From positions 1,085,481-1,149,480 of the forward strand of contig BDGG01000002.1 in NCBI GenBank assembly GCA_001949185.1: a stretch of DNA of 64,000 nt, in the 5' to 3' direction. Shown one piece after another: positions 1-11,126 of this stretch; the first letter of the stretch is position 1; each line of letters starts with the position of its first letter. The notes under the pieces were generated by a model. It worked only from the letters and a program-made list of their open reading frames with translations, was not told the DNA's origin and did not search any database. This DNA comes from Ramazzottius varieornatus (lineage: Eukaryota > Animalia > Tardigrada). A program made the translations under genes and the position numbers.

Positions 1-480
1 CAACGAGTTCATTGAGTGGAACTTCCGCCTGAAATTTCAATGGAAAGAAGCGAAAACATCCCAGACGAGCGCAAAAAAGAGATTTGGATTCATCGAGGAA
101 CGATATCTAACACCGCCAAAAAGTATCAGAACCATTCCCTGGAGTCTTTTTGCGAGCATCGGCTTCCACAGTAGATAACATGATGAAGACCTTTGGAACC
201 TCGCTCATGGGCGAAGTCGTCTTCACGTGTGGACTTAAGGCTAAGCTAACGACTATGACAACCTGCTGTGATGGCCTTCCACCCGCTCCTTCCCGTAATT
301 GTTTTCGCCCCTTGACATCGCCAGCGGTGGCCGGCACGCTGCGGGACCAGGAAATAATTTCCTCACATACACAACGACTCGGATTTCTCTTAGTTATTTC
401 AAAATGCGGGAGTTCTTGAAATTTCTTCCGGGAGTCATTCGAAGTTACACTTCACGTGCTTTTCGACGCGAAAGAACTTC

Positions 481-642
481 TGGCGCACGTTTTCGGTGTT
501 ATTAACCAAGATCGCACGCCACTTGGAAAACAACGATCTCTTTCAAAACGGTTATCTTCCCCGGACGGAGCACGTTCCCGACGTCGTTGGCTGACAGCGT
601 GCGCTAGTTGAAAACGATCTGGCCGAATTCATCCGGTCGGCG
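481..642. repeat. N27 palindromic element, tandem pair (degenerate)
   Basis: TGGCGCA(481-487)-27 nt-CACGCCACTTGG...CGATCT; second unit GGAGCA-27 nt (573-599)-TGCGCTAGTTG followed by the family tail CGATCTGGCCGAATTCAT. Confidence 0.75.
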
Positions 643-1523
643 TCCCAATTTTGATTTTTCCCCCTTTGTATTACGGTATGATGGCTAGCTATCACATCGT
701 TCACAAAATCAAAAAAGAATGACCGTGGAAGTGGAATGGTGTAAAACCAGGCCAGGTAAGCGACGTTTTACATGGAGCTCACCTTCAGTTCTTGATGAGA
801 TTTCAGGAAAGCCGATGGCGGAAATGAGAGGTTCTTTTGTTGGCGCCGAGTGGTTGCTGACGGCGTATTAACTTCCTCCTGACTCACCGACTGTTTCTCT
901 TGTTATACGCGAAAGCAAAGCACTCAGACGGTGATAAAATCATCGGTATTTTGTTTACGCTAGACATTTGGAGGCTTACCCACATACCGACTGTAACGGT
1001 AGACAAAGACGTCTCGCTAAGCCGCTCTAACTTGTTGTCCGATCAAGCGCCGTATGGAAGGCCGAGATGCCACCTCCGAAACGGAAGTGAGATTGTGTGA
1101 CTGGCTTGATTGTTTAACCACAAGGTAGCACTATCTAAAAGACCAAGAGGCCGCGGCAAGCTGGTAGTAGATCAATCAAAACAAACGTTACCGCGTTAAT
1201 TTACCCGCCCACGTGATACATTGATTCAAACCGGTAGTCCACGTTGGTGCGAGTAATGACGTCACCAAAATGGGTCATCTTTTGATCGTGTTGATTTCCT
1301 GGTTTATACAACGGAGATTTTCGTGCGAGATTTTATGGCCTACAAGGCTCCAACGACAAACAAGTTTGAAATGACTGACTAAGAGCTTATCGTACCTTCT
1401 ATTATCCGTATCAAGGAAGAAAGTCTTTTGCGATGGTGACAACAGGTCGCCCTCCAGATCGTCAACAGCTTAATCTTATCCTCCTTCTTGAATGACAACG
1501 CTGATTAGGTGAGCGTAGGGGAA

Positions 1524-4500
1524 ATGGAAGGCAAATCGAGAAGAATGCTCGATGGACTTTCTACGACATCTCTGTGGAATAACTTAAGGAACTCGACCAT
1601 GGGTTTCTCAGCGGTGAACGAAAATACAGGAATGCGCCGAGAAGCACGGCTGAGACCGAAGAAATGTCTGGAGCTGGTGAAGGATCCATCCTATCAAAAC
1701 TACTGCCGTAAGTGAATGAGCAGTTTAATAATGTACCTGACTTTTATGCTGTTGTACCTTTCATCCTCCTCAAGCAGGACTCCGGAAAAGCCTGCGAGAT
1801 GGAAACAAGGGTTGGACGGAGGAATTTCTGCAGTTGGATGGCTTGGCGTTACTGTTAGCTGGACTAGAAGCACTCACCTTGGCAATTCGCAACGTTGATG
1901 AAGCTGTTGTCGCCGTAGAATGTCTTCGATGTATTCGCGAGGTGCTCAACTCGACGACTGGCATCCAGTATATCATCCACTTTCGCAGAGAAGAAACAGC
2001 TGATCATCTGGCCAAAGGTAAGCCAATCAGAAGGCAGAAATCCTGGAGGAAAACCGGAAAAATACGGTAAAGCCGTGAAGCAGTGACCAGTGTTAGCCAG
2101 GTAAACATTCCGTGCTGCTCAGTATGACTCGCCATATCATGGTAAAGACCCGAAATGGTTCGGATTGATGAGATTCAGTCGGGGTACCGGAATGTATACC
2201 TGTCGAACACTGGCAGTGACTAGCGATTCTTTTCCCTGCGATAAATTTGTAAACAAATCAAGTCCAGTCAATCAAGCGACAGCCTTTCACTGTATGTGAT
2301 AAACGCAGGTCCTACTCAGAGGGTAGCACGGGAAATAAGCAGTAGGACGGACGGTCGTACTCGGTAGTATACCGTGGTGGGTATCAGCAAGTCCTACTGG
2401 GTACCTTTCAGCTAACTGACCAACGCGTTGTCTTACTGGGCTTTCGTTGGTGGAACTGGAAGATGGCGCCACGTGCCAAGGAGGAGGTTTCATTTTTTTT
2501 CCGCTTGTCTACACGGCGGGAGGAAGTGATCGTAGTCCTGTTCTCCGTAATCAAACAAAACTTTCATGCACGCTGTGTTGATTTTCCTCTTTGATTTCGC
2601 AGTGTTAGCTAGCCAGAACACCGCAGTGAAGCATCAAGTGTTCGAGCTCTTCTGTGCCTTGTGCGCTTACGATCAAGACGGATTCCGCCTGGTCAGCAAG
2701 TGCCTGACACGCTACCAGGTGAGCCAATGTTCAGGTAGACATTTTCGGAGCCGGTAAAGCGTTACGAGACGCCACCGCAGACGATTGTCCCAGTTGGCAA
2801 AACAATCTCGAATTTCCGCAGCGTCCGCAAAACTTGCAGTTGAGCTCATCGCCGATCAGAAAAAAAACCCTGATGTAGAAGCATTTTACAGTAGCGAGGC
2901 TACGATGCGTGACTTAAAAACCTGGTTTATTTCATTAGGAAAATGAATCGTCTCCTTACGTACTCCATGTCGTCGTCCAGGACCTTCACCAGTTTGCCGG
3001 TATAGAAAAAGTTTTGTTCCTCTTTATTTCACGAAATGATTTTCATGCACATTTACGTTTTTTATTCTCTTCCCGATTCTTCGAACTTGAATCTGGAGAT
3101 CATTCCTTCTGCAAATTTCAGGTGACGAATCGAAGAATGACTATGTGGTGGTTCTACTCGCGTTTGTCAACTGCATCCTGATCTACGTACCCGAAAATAA
3201 ACGGCATCGGGTTGTGGAAGACCTAAAGGACTGCTATTTCTTCCAGACATTCGTGAAAGTGACGTTGAATTGCACGTCTGAAATTCGAGTCCAAGTTGAT
3301 GGGCTCGTCGAAACACTCAAGTCCTTTCGAGACCGCAGTACCACCACTCTTGCGGCTGCCCATTGTGTTACCACGATGTTCGACCATCTCAGGGACCCAA
3401 AGCAACAAGACCAGCTTCTTCAGTTCATCGCAGACTTGGACAATGTGGCGCGCGAGTCGGAGCTATCGTAAGAATCTCACGAATTTCATCCGAACCAACT
3501 GGGAGGTGGGCACACGAGACATACGAGGTTGTTAACCATAAGTGGCGCACCCTCACGGTGTTATGGCCGGAAGCGTGCGCCACTTGGAAAAGCGATCTAA
3601 GTCGAGTCTGACCACTTTCTTGAGTGGCGCATATTTCCGTTGCTGTTGGCTGGAAGCGTGCGCCATGTCAATCTTGAACCTGTCGTTTACCGCTCAGTTT
3701 CGTCTCTGGTGTTATATTTTCCTAATTATGTTCTGATTCATTATACTGTATCTTATTCATCACTGCAATACAGGACTGACGTTATTCGAAAGCTGACCAG
3801 CGTTCTCCATCCTGAAACGCGTCCTGGCTACGAGCTCTCAACCATCTCAGAGGAACCAAAGCAATGGAAGGACGAAGCTACTAGTCCCATCGTCCTCTCG
3901 GCACCTTTCACATTCTCACGCGGCACCTCCGTCCAGTCTCCACTGGCAGAAACCTCCACCACACTCGCCTCTTTCAGTCCCACATCACAGTTCTCTTCCA
4001 TTGTCTCAGCCAGCCCGCCGCTAACCCCATCTCCTCCGCCACCTGCCCCTTCACCTCCTCCCACCATTCAGTCCAAACCAGCGCCACCGCCACCGCCACC
4101 GCCCCCAGCTTCCATGCCGGCGCCACCCAATTCCCTGAAGACATCCTCCGCTGTTCCACCTCCCCCTCCCCCTCCCCCGCCTCCCGGTTTTGGTGGCGCA
4201 CCTCCATCTCCGCCACCAAAACCTGCTAAGGCAGGGAATACGCTACTGCAAAACGCCCTGGGGAATTCTCACCATGAAAAGCTCAAAGCGGTCCGTTACG
4301 AGAAGCTCTATCTACCACCTGACAAACGTAAGCATCTCTGCATAACGCGCAATATGGGGAGTCTGATATTTAATTATTGCTGGTAAATGATTGCACGCGA
4401 ATCGTCACCTCAAATGGCGCATGATTTCTTCGCTGTTGGCTGAAAGTGTGCGCCACTTGGTAAGACGATCTTTCCAAGTGTGGTGGTTTTCCAAAGTGGC

Positions 4501-6368
4501 GCACGCTGTCAGCCCGCGCCATGCGCCACCTAGAAATTTTTTTTGAATATATTTATTTGCCGACGTCTCATTTGTTAACCTTTTACATTTGCAATGAAGA
4601 ACTGGTTTGTATTTCAGTGTCGAAGTCCGTTTGGGGTTCGGATGATGGCGAAGAGGCGGAGGTTAGGGTCGACACGACGGCGTTGAAGTCGCTGTTTGCT
4701 GTGAACGAAGGACGGGCCAGTACCGGGCTGGAGTCGCGTCGAGGTTCCTTCGGGGCATCCATGCGAAATTCTTCCACCGTACAACTGTTGGACTCCCGAC
4801 GAAGCCTGAATATCAACATCTGTCTCAACTCGAAAAAGTTTAAGCCGCTGGATAGCTTGGTTGAGTCTATCGAGAAGGTCGACCATGAGCGCTTTGAGGT
4901 CGACGATGTTGTGGCTCTTATGGGAATCCTCCCTACTCTCGAAGAGGTAAGAATGGCTATTCTGTCACTGCTTTGTTTCCTCTAGTGACAGCAAAATAAC
5001 TTGACTCTGTCGCAGGTGGCTCTGATCAAAGAGCACGATGGGAAGGTTGAAGAGTTGGGCTCCGCTGAGCAGTTCTTCCACAAGTTGATTCAGCTACCCG
5101 ACTACCAACTTCGCATGGATCTCCTCCTCTTTGCAAAAGAGTTCCCCACACAGGCTGAAGGACTGAAAAGCCAGATGGAAGAAGTGGAGAGCGGATGTAA
5201 GGCTGCGCTGGAGTCTGCCAGCTTCCGGAAGTTCTTGCACTTCGGACTTCAAGTTGGCAACGTCTTGAATGCGGTACGTAATTCGCGATTAGCGACCCAT
5301 CGCCTTCCCCAACATGGACCAGTCTTTCATCCGTAGTTCGGTCTTGCAGGGTCGTTCGGCCGGCGAAGCGAAAGCGATCAAGCTCGACGGCTTACCCAAG
5401 TTTGCGGAAACCAGCAGCAACAACAACCCGAAAATGTCTCTTTTGCACTTTATGGTTCAAGAAGCCAAGAAACAGGACAACCAAGCTTTAGACTTTATCA
5501 GTGACTTTCACGTGCTAGAAAAAGCCAGCGGGTAAGTTTGGTTTTTTTTCCTACTGTATTCCGTACAGTGTCATCCGATTTCACAGTGCTTTCTTTCAAG
5601 GATAAATATAACTGACTTGGACGCAGAGTTGACCATGCTGAAGAGCCGATTCCGCACTCTGTACGACCGAGTCAAGAACTCGGAGACATCACTACGGACA
5701 GTGGCCGAGGCGGATCACAGAAAGCAGACAGAAGCCAAGCTTGAGGAGCTAAGTGTTCTCCAGCAGCACCTCTCAGCCTCGACAGCATCTCTGGCCGCCT
5801 ACTTCGTCGAAGACCCCCTTCACTTTAAAGTAGCAGAATGCTTCAAGACCATCATGACTTTCGTCAAGCAGATAAAAAACGTCGTCAAGGTACGCAAAAC
5901 TCACTCTACATCACTCAGAAAACCGCAGATTGTTGGAAGCGTTGGCACGTGAATCCACCCAGATCGCCTTTCCAAGTGGCGCACGCTTTCAGCCAATAGC
6001 AAAGGACGTGTGCGCCAGTTGGGACAGAACATCCGGATCAAGTCATTTGCTGACGGTTCACTGTACTGAGGCAAACTGACCAGTTCACATCAGTGTTCGT
6101 TTAGGACATGGAGAAGGAAGAGAAACTGGAGAAAGCAAAGAAGATGGCCTCACTGAACTTCAACACCCCGCCACGTACCGCTGCGAGACCCAGCTTGGTT
6201 TCCGCTACCTTGCCAAGGAACTTCGGTGCGACAAAACGCTTGTCCTTACCGGAAACGGTACACAAAGGCGACAGTACCGACTCGGACGACCTAGAAAGCG
6301 GCATCGTGGATAAGCTGATGCAGGTCATCAAAAGTGGATCTCCTAGACGCATTCCGTGTCGGTTCTAA
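1524..6368 (+). CDS. INF2: Inverted formin-2-like formin (GBD/FH3-DID, FH1, FH2, C-terminal WH2/DAD-like motif), multi-exon
   Basis: The spliced N-terminus reads 'NYC|..LRKSLRDGNKGWTEEFLQLDGLALLLAGLEAL', resembling the INF2 DID start. Polyproline FH1 at ~4015-4220. FH2 motifs 'LLDSRRSLNINICL', 'AEQFFHKLIQLPDYQLRM', 'LQVGNVLNA', 'MSLLHFMV' and 'LAAYFVED'. C-terminal 'GIVDKLMQVIKSG'; stop 6366-6368. The start codon is inferred. Confidence 0.88.
3540..3667. repeat. N27 palindromic element, tandem pair in INF2 intron
   Basis: AAGTGGCGCA-26 nt (3550-3575)-TGCGCCACTTGGAAAAGCGATCT; GAGTGGCGCA-27 nt (3632-3658)-TGCGCCA; period 82 bp. Confidence 0.9.
4400..4533. repeat. N27 palindromic element, tandem pair in INF2 intron
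   Basis: AAATGGCGCA-27 nt (4422-4448)-TGCGCCACTTGG..CGATCT; AAGTGGCGCA-18 nt (4504-4521)-TGCGCCACCT. Confidence 0.85.
5942..6022. repeat. N27 palindromic element with left tail in INF2 intron
   Basis: TTGGCACGTGAATCCACCCAGATCGCCTTTCCAAGTGGCGCA-27 nt (5984-6010)-TGCGCCAGTTGG. Confidence 0.9.
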
Positions 6369-7916
6369 TTTTTTGTTTCGGTCTGCATCAAGCGAAGAAT
6401 TCTCTCATGACTGATCTGTGTCTGAAACGGTTCTTAACACAAGTTTTGCCGGTAGACAATTTTTATCTGTCGGATTCCATCACTATTTCCGGTTTCAACA
6501 GTGGGTTTGCACTCCAGTGCGGTATACATTAATTTTGCACACGGAAAGCTGATTACTTACATGAATGATGGGAGTTGGCGTCATTGCGGAGGCCATTATG
6601 CAAACACGAAAAAGTTTCGTCGGTTGCTCAGGAGCTTGCAACATGCGAGATATACCCGCTCGCAATCTGTCACGGAACTAAAGTGCTCGTCTCATGTCAT
6701 ATCATGTCATGCAACGCCATTCTATACTATAAAAACGGACGTGGTGCTGCAGCAGTTTCCGGAGCAGCATTATAGCTGGCGACCTGGACGTCTACTGTGG
6801 CCTCGGATACAGAGACGCGGAAGTGAAGACTAATTTTTAGCTCGCCGGCCGTAAACTAAAGACCTTGCAACTTTTCGAGGTTTCGCTTTAGCCTTGGATG
6901 TATCAATACCAATGTTTAACGTAGCGTACATTCTGGCCTACAAAAATTGACAAAGGTGTGTAAAACAGTGCTGCTGCACTGCACTGAGTCAATTGCGTCG
7001 AACAATGCTCTTTGTTGGTTTACGCAGCGGGGACGCTATCCAAAGGAAAACACTGTCCCCGGATCTCGTATCACGCAAGTGATCAAGCTCAAAGAGACAG
7101 CAAAATGCGTAATAATACAGTGCGGCCACGTTAACTTTGCGCAACGTTTGAAAAATATTCGGGTTCCCGACAGTGAGCACGTAGGTTTCTCGCTGCATTA
7201 TTCTGTGATAACACATGCACTGAGCTATCTTTTAGCCGAAGATTCTTTTTGGGAAAGGAAAAGTCTTCGACCAAAACTCAACGTCAACCGCGGAAAGGGA
7301 TCGACCACAGGCGCTCGTAACGAGATTCGTCCGTACCCATCCTCACGAAAATACTTCCTTTCCCATCCGAGATTTGTTTTGTAGTCACAAAACAATTTTC
7401 TCTCCGAGTACGATGTTTCTCCTTTCAGAAATCTTGTTGTGTGATTCAATCGAACTACCCATACCCACGCCCTGATTTTTCAAGATCGAAAGTCGAAAAA
7501 AGGCGAAGACTTTCATGCGCAGACACCTACGCAAGTACAGGGACATTTTACCGTAAAAGCAGTTGGTTGCAATATTAGAACAACTTCTCAGTCATTACTA
7601 GAAAATAAGGCTTAGGTGAAAGGATGCCTAAGACGTTTTCCCGAGTAGTTCTTCTCCGCATCGAACTTTTCAATTTTGACAACTTTTTCGAGTTTTTCTG
7701 CAGTTTTCAAAAAATCGCTCCAGTCCTTCGGCCAAAGGTATTTCGTTCAGAATCAGTTCAGATGCAAGCAAACTTATCTGGCTTTCTGACTAAGCACCGT
7801 TTCAGGTCCACTCACGATTTCTACGCCGAAACCAGATTTTTGAAATAATCATGGTTTCCCGGTAAACCCGAAAATTTTGGACAAAACGTTCGGTTGCCTT
7901 TCGGGATTGAGAAGTA

Positions 7917-9675
7917 CTGTACTCCCGCGATACACACGCCATACTCGTACGTACGTCAGGAATGTGCACCTCCCGGGGGCAGAAAATTTGAACTTTATTG
8001 AATCAATAATCAGTCGAAAAGCTGTACTCTAAAGAGGAATCTTCCGCCACTTCGTCACCACTGTTCTCTTCGATCGAACTAAAGCTAAATTCCAATGGCG
8101 CTTCATCATTCTCTACAGAAGTTTGTTCATTAGCAATCATATATGTTGGTTCAGGTAGAATTTGAGCCCCCACGAACGCGTTCTCGATTGTTTCTGGATT
8201 CACATCTGCCCAAGCTTGAGACACGAAGTCGATGAAGTCCTGTCGGGAGGGTTTACGAAGGTATCCTTTACCTGTCAACTCTGCTCGTTCTTTTCGCCAT
8301 TCATGATACGCTCGCTTCAGGTTAGCCTTAAATGGAGCGTTTATGCCCACGTCTAGCAGCTGATAAGTGCCAGTCATTCCTCGAGGAATGAAAACTTGAT
8401 CGACGTTCCTGCTTTCTAGAAGTTCTCTGCTTTCGAATTTCAGATGAGCTGCAAAATGGTCTCGAATGAGGTACAAGGTGTTCTGAGTATCTTCCTCGAA
8501 CGACTGCTTTATCCATTCGTGATCGATCCTCGAATTCCACCAAGCAGTACGCGTACTGAAAACGCGAACGTTATCAGGAATTTTCAGTTTTCCTAGAATG
8601 TTCGCCGACAACTGTCCAGTCTTCACGCCGCCTTTGAAGACGATGGCAGCAGGAAACTTCTGTCCGTCTCCCGTTACAGCAAGCCCAACAGTAAACCGTT
8701 CCTTTTCCCCTGGAGGTTGAATGACGTGCTTTTGCTTCACTCCAATAGGAGACAACGTCTTCCCGTAAGTATTTTGCAGAAGAACGCTTGTCTGGTCGAA
8801 GTTGATGATCCGGCTAGGATGAGTATTGTTTACGCCAACAATTTTCTCTACGCGTTCCATGAAGACATGTTCTTCAAGCTGTAAGAACAGATCTTCAGCT
8901 AAACGTTTAAATTTCGAAAATAAGAAAGCCTGACAGAACATCAAGATTTTGGTACAAAAGCAAACTATTGTTGTACCTCATCCGCTGCCGTCTTCGTCGT
9001 TTTTCTGCTCACTTTTGTTGTTGCCCGATAACTCAGACGATATCGCTTCTTCAGGCTATATATCCAACCGTTTGATACCTTGAAATTTTTCACGTTCAAA
9101 TCTTTCGCGATTTGCGCTGCCCACTTTCGAAGGTCGGAGTCGCGTACAGGTAAACCGACGTTTCTAGTCTTGATCACCTCGTGGTACACTCGCTTTTCCA
9201 CATCTTGAAACATGGGTTTTCTGCGGCCTTTGAAAGTTCCTTCCGGTAGCTTTTTTCTGAAATATTGTCATCATAAGAGACAACTCCATTTCAAAATATT
9301 TGATCATCGAAGTCACTCACTTCCAATCTCTGATCGTTGTCCTTGGAATTTTCACCACCTTCGCGTAAGACCACATCGACATCCCGCTTTCCGCCATAGC
9401 TCTCAAGTTCCTTACAGCTTCCGATACTCTGTACACCGAGCGGGTTCTAAATGTCCCCATTATGATAGGCAAAAAAGGTAGAGTTCAAGGGAGGATACCA
9501 AAGTAAAGCAGTGTTCAGACTCTTTCACCGGAAACACAGAAAACAGAAATTCAACAGGTCAAAAGAACAAGCTGATCAGACAATCAGCTCAGTTAACGCT
9601 ACGGTACTTTTTTACTTGCAGTACTACTTTTCCTAATACAGAGGGAAGTATGGCGTGTGTATCGCGGGAGTACAG
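7917..9675 (-). mobile_element. Full-length pogo-superfamily DNA transposon (DD35D)
   Basis: Perfect 29-bp TIRs CTGTACTCCCGCGATACACACGCCATACT (7917-7945) and its reverse complement (9647-9675); TA TSD at 7915-7916 and 9676-9677; encloses a transposase gene. Confidence 0.95.
8003..9460 (-). CDS. pogo/Tigger-type transposase (HTH_psq, CENP-B HTH, DDE_1), 3 exons
   Basis: ATG at 9460 'MGTFRTRS...SMWSYAKVVKIPRTTIRDWK'; a GT-AG intron joins in frame to 'KKLPEGTFKGRRKPMFQDVEK...FKVSNGWIYSLKKRY'; a second intron leads to the catalytic exon with NFDQT, RDHFAAH and QLLDVGIN (35 residues between the 2nd and 3rd Asp); acidic tail. Confidence 0.9.
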
Positions 9676-11126
9676 TAAATTATTCTCTTCAGCCTCATCG
9701 GACATCCTGAACTCTTTCTCATCATTTGCGGCTAATTTGGTTTCTGGAGATCGACTGTGGAGACCTGTAGAAAATTTTTCGTTCATGGTTGTGAACTCTC
9801 GTTACCGCCAACAGCTCAAATCGAGTTTGCGAAACGACCGTTCCCGGAGGAAAAGCAACTCCCATATCAAAAAAGGCGGCATAAGCTAATGATTAGACTT
9901 CAATGATTGGTTTGGAGGAAAAACTTGATCTGAATTTTTCACAACACCCAGAAGTGAGTTGCACACACTTTGCGTGGCCATACTGTATTTGTTGGTGATT
10001 ACAGTTATAGCACATAGTGTTCTAACAATTGCATTTTCTTAGTTTCGATTTTGTGGCTGTCGGACGCCAGACCGCCGGTGTACCAAAGCCCATACGGCGG
10101 TACGGCACCAGTTTTCCGATTACCATTGGTCAAAGCCAGCCGACATCGAGATCGTACCAAAACATGAGTAAGAAGACTTAAAGCACTGCGCTCTGAGCTG
10201 CGACCTTTGGTCACAGCTTCTCCTACCGCATGCCTAACTAGCTCACTGTCGAAGCATTTCTGCGACAAAAATCAGCTTGGTGATACTATTGATAGGATAC
10301 TAACTTCACGTGCGAATCCGACTGAGACTCTACTGACACGGACAGAGCCTACAGTCAAAAGAAGGGGTCCCCAGGGAGCAACTGTTGCATTAGTGTCGTC
10401 GTAGCTGTCCAGGGAGCAGCAACCGCAACTGCTCAAAAGAAGCTAGATATTTTAGATCATACTATACACTGACTCCCATAAGTATTCGGAAACCCCATCT
10501 GTGTTCAAAAATTCACTTCTCTGTTGTTTTTCAACCAATTAGGGAGTGAGGTGGCTCTCCGTAAACAACATGCTGTAGGGAATCCTGCGGAACCCGGGAG
10601 GCCGAACTACACAGATATTCGTTCTTGGTACTGTTAACGCCGTCAAAGATGCGACCTCCCTACCATAAAGGTCATTTCAGGGCCTCAGTAATTCCAATAT
10701 AGCTGTTGCCAAAAGGATTGCTGACCCCTTACTTGAATTTTTGATCAGCCGCGTAGCAGGTAATTGGATTGTGGCCATAAAACCCATCGTTCAGCACGGG
10801 CCAACCGATTCTAACTACGCAGGATGTACATAATTAACTAAGGTTATTGATTGCACCAGAAGTCCCCAGGAAGCGCCTCCGTATACAAATTAGCGCAGCG
10901 TGATCGATCTTTTACCCCACGTCAACTGTGTATCTTAATTAATTGTCCGGAAAGAGCCCAGCTAAATTGGACTCGGATAGGCGCATGCGTAATTGACAAC
11001 GGGGCATGCTCGTCGCGGGATGGAAATTCCACAGCTGGTGTTACTGCCCGCGAAGGCCTCGATAGGAAACTGACAAAAATATTGTTTACTTCATCAATCG
11101 TGTTTTGCTGGTGTCTGCGTTTCAGG

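Larger units (their letters stand above)
7118..9985. mobile_element. Possible old non-autonomous Tc1-like element hosting the pogo insertion
   Basis: TA|CAGTGCGGCCACGTTAACTTTGCGCAAC (7118-7145) versus the reverse complement of 9958-9985, CAGTATGGCCACGCAAAGTGTGTGCAAC: 21/28 identical. TA on both outer sides and a Tc1-like CAGT..GGCC start. Confidence 0.4.

Noticed and set aside
1-420. Possible 5' exon(s) of a minus-strand gene running off the window
   Set aside because: A plausible acceptor near position 30 exists, but no frame gives a recognisable protein.
10465-10496. Tc1-like TIR start TACACTGACTCCCATAAGTATTCGGAAAC
   Set aside because: No matching inverted partner found in the window.
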